A DNA stretch of 64,000 nucleotides from the human T2T-CHM13v2.0 reference genome, Homo sapiens: NCBI RefSeq assembly GCF_009914755.1, contig NC_060947.1, one strand, 5' to 3'. Position 1 is the stretch's first letter; each line of letters starts with the position of its first letter. The notes under the pieces were generated by a model that saw only the letters and a program-made list of their open reading frames with translations, did not search any database and was not told the DNA's origin. The position numbers and the translations under genes are program-made. Of the stretch, positions 56,701-64,000 are shown one piece after another.

Positions 56701-56706
56701 ACACAT

Positions 56707-56746
<40 letters not shown>
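56701..56746. repeat. (CA)n microsatellite
   Basis: acacac run. Confidence 0.95.
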
Positions 56747-56748
<2 letters not shown>

Positions 56749-58170
56749 GTTATTTTTCAAACTATTATGTTGAATTCTAAGTTAAGAAGAGGATGTAGAA
56801 AGAATACACAATGGGGACAAGGTAGTCCCTCCAATACATGGTGGGAAAACTTGGTATTCACTTCAGAGAATGAAGTTGGACCTTTCAGCAAACACAAAAC
56901 TCAACTCACAATGAATTAAAGATAGCCTCAATAAATTGTTTAAAATTGAAATCATATCAAGTATTTTCTCAGACCTCAGAGAAAACTAGAAATCAACACC
57001 AAGAGGAATTCTAGAAGCTATACATATACCTGGAAATTAAACAAAATGCTCCTGAGAGTTCTTTGGGTCAATGACAAAATTATGATGGAAATTAAAAACT
57101 TTTCTAAAACAAAAATGAAGATGCAATATACTAAAACCTATAGGATACAGCAAAGGCACTGCTAAGAGAGAAATTTATAGAGTTAAATTCCTACATCAAA
57201 AAAAAAATCACAAATTAATAACCAAATGTTGCACCTCAAGAAACTAGAAAAAGAAGAGCAAACCAAACTCCCAACCCAAAGCTAGCCAAAACAAACAAAC
57301 AAACAAACAAAACAAACAAAAACAGAGATTAGAGTGAACTAAATGAAATAAAGACCAAAAAAATACAAATGACAAAGGAAATGAAATGCTGGTTCTTTGA
57401 AAGATAAACAAAATGGATAAAGCTCTAGTTGGACAAACTAAGAAGAGAGAAGATCCAAATAAACATAATTAAAAATGAAAAAGAGACATTACTAATGGTA
57501 CCACAGAGATACAAAAGATCGTTAGAGACTACTATGAAGGAATATAATACACTCGCAAATTAAAAAACAGAGAAATTGGATAAATTCTTGTAAATATACA
57601 ACCTCCAAATATTGAACAAGGAAGAAATGCTGGACAGACCAATAATAAGCTGTAAGATTTAATCAGTAATAATTAAAAACAATCTCGCGACACACACAAA
57701 AAAATCCTGGGACTAGATAAATTCACGGACGAATTCTACCAGACATGCATAGAAGAACTGGTACCAATCCTCCTAAAACTCTTTCAAAGTATCTAAAATG
57801 AAGGAATAATCCCTAACTCCTTCTACAAGGCCAGTATTTCCTGAATTCCGAAGACAGACAAGCACACAACTAAAAAAGGAAAACTACAGGCCAATATCCC
57901 CAATGAACATAGATACAAAAACCCTCAATAAAATACTAGCAAACCAAATCCAACAACACAGGTAAAAGAAGCAGAACTAAATGGTAATACACCATGACCA
58001 AGTGGTTTTTACACAAGAGATGGAAGCATGGTACAACATACCTGAATCAATAAATGTGATTCACCATATTAACAGAATTAAAAACAAAAACAACATGACC
58101 ATTTCAATAGAAGCAGAAAAACGCATTTGATAAAATTCAGCATCCTTTCATAATAAAAACCCTCAACAAA

Positions 58171-58504
58171 TGAGACTGGGTAATTTATGAAGAGAAGAGG
58201 TTTAATTGACTCACAGTTAACACAGGCTGTACAGGAAGCATTACTAGGAGGCCATAGGAAACTTACAATCATGGTGGAAGATGAAGGGGAAGCAAGCATT
58301 TCTTACCATGGCTCAGCAGGAGAGAGAGAGCAAGTGAAGGGGGAAGTGCCACACACCTTTAAACCATCTGATCTCATGAGAACTCACTCACTATCAGGAG
58401 AATGGCAAGCGGAAAATTCACCCCCATTATCCAATCACCTCCCACCACCACTTCCTCCAATTTGACATGAGGTTTGGGCGGGGAGACAAATCGAAACCAT
58501 ATCA
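58171..58504 (-). mobile_element. MSTA solo LTR, one end clipped
   Basis: tgagactgggtaatttatgaag...aggctgtacaggaagc...gtgccacacacctttaaacc...aaaccatatca. Confidence 0.9.
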
Positions 58505-59129
58505 ACATAGAACATACATCAAAATAATAAAAGCAATACATAACAAACTTACAGCCAACAACATATTGAATGGGGAAAAGATGAAAGCAATCCTCCTAAG
58601 AACTAGAATAAGACAAGGATGCCCACTTTCACCACTTCTACTCAACATATTACTGAAAATTCTAGCCAGAGCAACTAGACAAGAGAAAGAAATAAAAGAC
58701 ATTAAAATTGGAAACAGGGAAGTCAAATTGGTCCACTTTGAAGATGACATGATCTTATATTTAGAATACCAAAAGACTCCACCAAAAAACTCAGATTTCA
58801 TAAATGAATTTAGTATATTTTCAGGACACAAAATCAAGGTATGAAAATCAGTGGCATTTGTGTACACCAACAACAATCAAGCTGAGAACCAAATTAATCC
58901 CATTTATAATAGCTACAAAAATTAAAATACCTAGGAATATATTTAACCAAGAAAATGAAAGATCTGTAAAAGAAAACTACAAAACATGGATGAAAGAAAT
59001 TGTAGAGGACAAAAACAAATGAAAATATATACCATGCTCATGAATTAGAAGAATTAATGTAATCAAAATGACAGTACTGCCCAAAGCAATCTACAGATTC
59101 CCTGCAATCTTTATCAAAATATCAAAGTC

Positions 59130-62097
59130 TCATAGCTGAATTACACTAGATATAAAAAGAAGAGCTGGTACCATGCCCACTGAAAATATTCCCCCAAAAA
59201 ATTGAGAAGGAGGGACTCCTCCCTAACTTATTCTATAAGGCCAGCATTATCCTGATGCCAAAACCTGGTAGAGACATAACGAAAGAAGAAAACTTCGGCT
59301 AATACCTTTGAGGAACATCAGATGCAAACATCCTCAACAAAATACTGGCAAAACAAATTCTACAGCACATCAAAAAGCTTATCTACCTCAATCAAGTAGG
59401 CTTTATTCCTGGGATGCAAGGTTGCTTCAACATGCACAAATCAATAAATGTGACTCATCATATAAACAGAACTGATGACAAAACCAGATGATTATCTCAA
59501 TAGATGCAGAAAAGGCTTTGGATAAAATTTAACACTCCATAGTGTTAAAAAAAAAAAAAAACCTCTCAAACTAGGTATTGAAGGAGCATACCTCAAAATA
59601 GTAAGAGACATCTATGACAAACCCACAGCCAACATCATACTTAATGGTTAAAAGCCAGAAGCATTCCCCTTGAAAACTGGCACAAGACAAGAATGCCCTC
59701 TCTCACCACTCCTAGTCAGCATAATATTGGAAGTGCTGGGTAGAGCAATCAATCAAGAGAAAGAAAGAAACTGCATGCCAATAGAAAGAGAGGAGATCGA
59801 GCAATCTCTGTTTGCAGATGACATGATCCTATATCTAGAAAACCCCATAGTCTTGGCCCAAAAGCTCCTTAAGCTAATAAACAACTTCAATGAAGTCTCA
59901 AAATACAAAATCAATGCATAAAAATTACTAACATTCCTATACACCAACAACAGTCAAATTGAGAATCAAATCATGAACACAGTCTCATTCACAATTGCCA
60001 CAAAAAGTATAAAATTCCTAGGAATACAGCTAACCAGGGAAGTGTAAGATCCCTATAGGAAGAACTACTGAACACTGCCCAAAGAAATCAGAGATGACAC
60101 AAACAAATGGAAAAACATCCCATACTCATGGATAGAAATAAATAATATTTTTAAAATGGTCATACTTCCCAAAGCAATTGATAGATTCAGTGCTATTCCT
60201 ATTAAACTATCAATGACATTCTTCACAAACCCAGAGAAAACTATTTTAAAATTCATATGGAGCCAAAATGAGCCCAAAGAGCCAAAGCAATTTTAAGTAA
60301 AAGGAACAAAGCTCGGGGGATCATGCTACCTGAGTTTAAACTGTATTACAGGGCTACATTAACCAAAACAGCATGCTAGGCTGGGCACAGTGGCTCACAC
60401 CTGTAATCTCAACACTTTGGGAGGCTGAGGCGGGCAGATCACCTGAGGTCAGGAGTTCGAGACCAGCCCGGCCAACATGGTGAAACCCCATCTCTACTAA
60501 AAATACCAAAAATGAGCCGGGCGTAGTGACGGGTGCCTGTAATCCCAGCTACTCAGAAAGCTGAGACAGCAGAATCACTTGAACCCGGGAGGCAGAGGTT
60601 GCAGTGAGCTGAGATCACCCCATTTGCATTGCAGCCTGGGCAGCAAGAGTGAAACTCCATCTCAAAATAAACAAACTAACAAACAAAACAAAACAAAACC
60701 AGCATGCTTCTGGTATAAAAATAGACACATAGACCAATGAAACTGAATAGAGAGCCCAGAAATAAGGCCACACGACTACAACTACATGATCTTTGACAAC
60801 ACTGACAAAAACAAGCAATGGGGAAAGAACTGCCTATTCAATAAATGATGCTGGGATAACTGGCAAGCTGTATGCAGAAGATTGACACTGTACCCTATTC
60901 TTACATCATCCACAAAAATTAACTCAATATGGATTAAAGTTTTAAATGTAACACCCCAAACTATAAAAACCCTAGAATACAACCTATGCAATACCATTCT
61001 GGACAAAGGAATGGACAAAGATTTCATGACAAAGACACCAAAAGCAATTGCAACAAAAACAAAAATTGACAAATGAGATTTAATTAAACTAAGAGCTTCT
61101 GTACAGCAAAAGAGAGTATCAACAGAGTAAACACATAACCTACAGAATGGGAGAAAATTTTTTCAAAGTATACCTGTGACAAAGTTCAAATATCCAGCAT
61201 CTATAATAAACTTAAACAAATTTACAAAAAAAAAAAAAAAACTGAGTAACCCCATTAAAAAGTGGGCAAAGGACATGAACAGACACTTTTCAAAAGAAGA
61301 CACACATGCAAAAGAAGCATATGAAAAAAAGCTCAACATCACTGATTATTAGAGAAATGCAAATCAAAACCACAATGACATACCACGTAGCATGAGTCAG
61401 AATGGCTATTACTGAAAAGCCAAAAAAAAAAAAAAAAAAAAAAAAAAAAACAGATGCTGGTTAGTTTTCAGAGAAAAAGGAACACTTATATACTGTTGAT
61501 TGGTGTGTAAGATAATTCAACCATCATGGAAAACAGTGTGGCTATTCCTCAAAGACCCAAAAAAAATATACTATTCAACTCAACAATCCCCATTAGAGGA
61601 TTGCTGTGTTGAATGGTATTATTATGCCCAAAGACATTTGCAGCACTATTCACAATGGTAGAGACACAGAATCAACCTAAATTTCCACCATTGGTAGACT
61701 GATTAAAGAAAATGCGGTGTATATACACCATGGAATACTATGCAGCCATAAAAAAGAACAAAATCATGTTCTTTGTATGAACGTGGATGGATTTGCAGAC
61801 CATTATCCTTAGCAAACTAATGCAGGAGCAGAAAAGCAAATACCACATATCCTCACTTATAAGTGGGAGCTAAATGATGAGAACACATGGACACATAGAG
61901 AGAAACTACACATACTGGGGCCTATTAGAGAGTGGAGCTTGGGAGGAGGAAGCAGATCAGGAAAAGTAACTAATGGGTACTAGGCATAGTACCTGAGTGA
62001 TGAAATAATCTGTATAACAAACCCTCGTGACACAAATTTACCAACATACTAAACCTGTACATGTACCCCAAAACCTAAAGTACAAGTTAAATTTTAA
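59130..62097 (+). mobile_element. 5'-truncated L1PA (PA10-13-like) nested in older L1
   Basis: RT remnant [10 protein letters not shown]...[13 protein letters not shown]; 3' UTR to A tail; TSD aaaata(t/c)caa(a/t)gtc at 59116 and 62098. Confidence 0.9.
60379..60694 (+). mobile_element. AluS (Sq-like) with (AAAC)n tail
   Basis: full dimer; TSD cagcatgct on both sides. Confidence 0.95.
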
Positions 62098-63257
62098 AAA
62101 ATACCAATGTCATTTTCCTAAAATTCACGTGGAACCAAAAAGGAGCCTGAATAGCCAAGGCAATCCTAAGCAAAAAGAACAAGGGCAGAGGTATCACAAT
62201 ACTGATCCCAAATTATACATCAGAGGTACACTAACGAAAACAATAAGAAACTGGTGTTAAAACAGACACAGAGATCAGTGGAACAGAATAGAGATCCCAG
62301 AAATAAAGCCATATACATACAGCCAACTGATGTTTAACAAAGTTGACAAAAACATACACTGGGGAACGGACAGCCACCCTCTTCAATGGTGCTGGGAACA
62401 TTGGATTACCATATGCCGAAGAATGAAACTGGATCCCTGTCTCTCACCATATGAAAAAACTAGCTCCAGATGGATTAACGAGTTAAATGTAACACCTGAA
62501 ATTATAAAAATATCCGAAGAAAACCCAGGAGAAACTCATCTGGACATTTGTCTAAGCAATTAATTCATGACTAAGTCCTCAAAAGCACAAACAACAAAAA
62601 CAGAAATAGACAAATGGGAATTAAACTGAAAAATTTGGCACAGAAAAATAAATAATCTACAGAGTGAACAGACCACTGGCAGAGTGGGAGAAAATATTTG
62701 CAAACTCTGCATCCAACAGGGGATTGATAGTCATAATTTATAAGAAACTTAAACAACTCAACAACAAATAAAAAAAAGACCCCATTAACAAGCAGGTAAA
62801 GGACATGAATAGACACTTTTGAAAAGAAGACATACAAATGGCAAACAAGCATGTGAAAAAATGCTTAATGTCACTATTCATCAGACAAATTCAAATTAAT
62901 ACCATAATGAGATATTATCTTATACCAGTCAGACTGGCTATTTTTAAAAAGGAAAAAAAGATAACAAATGTTGGTGAGTATATGTAGAAAGGAAATGCTT
63001 ATACACTGTTAGTGGGTGTGTAAATTAGTACGATTTATATGGAAACAGTATGGAAATTTCTCAATGAACTAAAAATAGAACTACCATTCAATCCAGCAGT
63101 CCCACAACTGGGTATCTACCAAAAGGAAAAGGAATTATTATATCAAAAATATACCTACACTTATATGTTTATTGCAGCACTAGTCACGATAGCAAAGATA
63201 TGGAATCCACCTAAATGTCCATCAATGAATGAGTGGATAAAGAAAATATGGTAGCGA

Positions 63258-64000
63258 TGAGTGGCCAAGATGGCCAACTAGAAGCAGCTAGTGTGTGTGG
63301 TTCTCACAGAGAGGAACAGAGAGGAAGAGAAACTGCCAGTAAACACAACATCTTCAACTGTAACATCCAGGTACTCACATTGGAATTGATCCAGGAAACA
63401 ACTTGACCCACAGAGAATGAAGAAAAGCAAGACCGGAAAACAGCCCACCTGGGAGCAACATGGAGCCTTGCCCAGGGAAGTGGTGAATGAATGAGCGACC
63501 CTGGGAAACCACACTTCTCCCATAGATCTTTGCAACACTCAGGTCAGGATATGTCCTTGTGAACCCAGTCCACCAGGACCTTCAGTCTTCAGTCTGACAG
63601 ACAGAGCTACATGGAGCTCTGAGCAGCTGCTCAGGCATGTGTTGGAGACCCTGGAGCCTTAAATACTTGGGCTTACTGGCAAAGGTAGCTGCAGCTCCTG
63701 CAAAGTGGAGGTTAGACTATGGTACATACCCCTAGGAAAGAGGCTGAATCCAGGGGGCTGAGAAGCAACAGCCTGCAGGCCCCACTTCCAAGGCACGTCA
63801 CAATATAAGACCCACTGGCCCCACTTCCAAGGCACGTCACAATATAAGACACACTGGTTTGGAATTCCAGCCAGCTACCAGGAGTGGCATTGCACCTCCC
63901 TAAGAAGGAGCTCCTTGGTGGAGGGGCAGGCCACCATCTTTGCTACTGGGGCACCTTAGTAGTTCCAGCCATCAGGCTTTGAAGATTCTGAGCTGACCCA
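63258..64000 (+). mobile_element. 5' UTR of an L1 with intact 5' end (L1PA13-16/L1PREC2-like), runs off window
   Basis: gagtggccaagatggccaactagaagcagct start with YY1-type motif; interrupts host L1 at aagaaaatatggt. Confidence 0.85.

Larger units (their letters stand above)
56790..63254 (+). mobile_element. L1PB/L1MA-like ORF2 (56790-59129 and 62098-63254), host to MSTA and a nested L1PA
   Basis: ORF remnant [13 protein letters not shown]...[11 protein letters not shown] (RT, degenerate FADD); C-terminal ELPFNPAVPQLGIY. Confidence 0.9.

Noticed and set aside
58467-59921. Reverse-transcriptase-like ORFs (FEDD/FADD motifs)
   Set aside because: Short decayed L1 ORF2 fragments with stops and frameshifts; not a functional or novel RT system.

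Overview
This is AT-rich, CpG-poor human genomic DNA, not prokaryotic. An AluYg6-type element at 47997 fixes the species as human. Most of the window is a fossil stack of retroelements: old L1M and L1PB-type copies, primate L1PA copies, 11 Alus, ERVL/MaLR LTRs (MER21, MST, THE1, MLT1, LTR41/52-like), MIR/L2 and hAT remnants, and microsatellites. I see no intact protein-coding gene, RNA gene or CRISPR array. Essentially all supplied ORFs are repeat-derived or chance. One 38-nt candidate exon (38384-38421, + strand) lies in the unique stretch, suggesting an intron of a large gene that I cannot name. I did not find a convincing new biological system. The best second-look items are mechanistic: an L1PA2-like twin-priming inversion and an independent fold-back at the same palindromic L1 site, a young AluYg6a2-type insertion, two THE1 LTRs each one base from the PRDM9 13-mer, a tandem double L1 5' terminus, and an Alu with a triplicated target site. 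Subfamily calls and boundaries are by eye from remembered consensus sequences. Old-element edges are approximate (tens of bp) and need RepeatMasker/Dfam confirmation.
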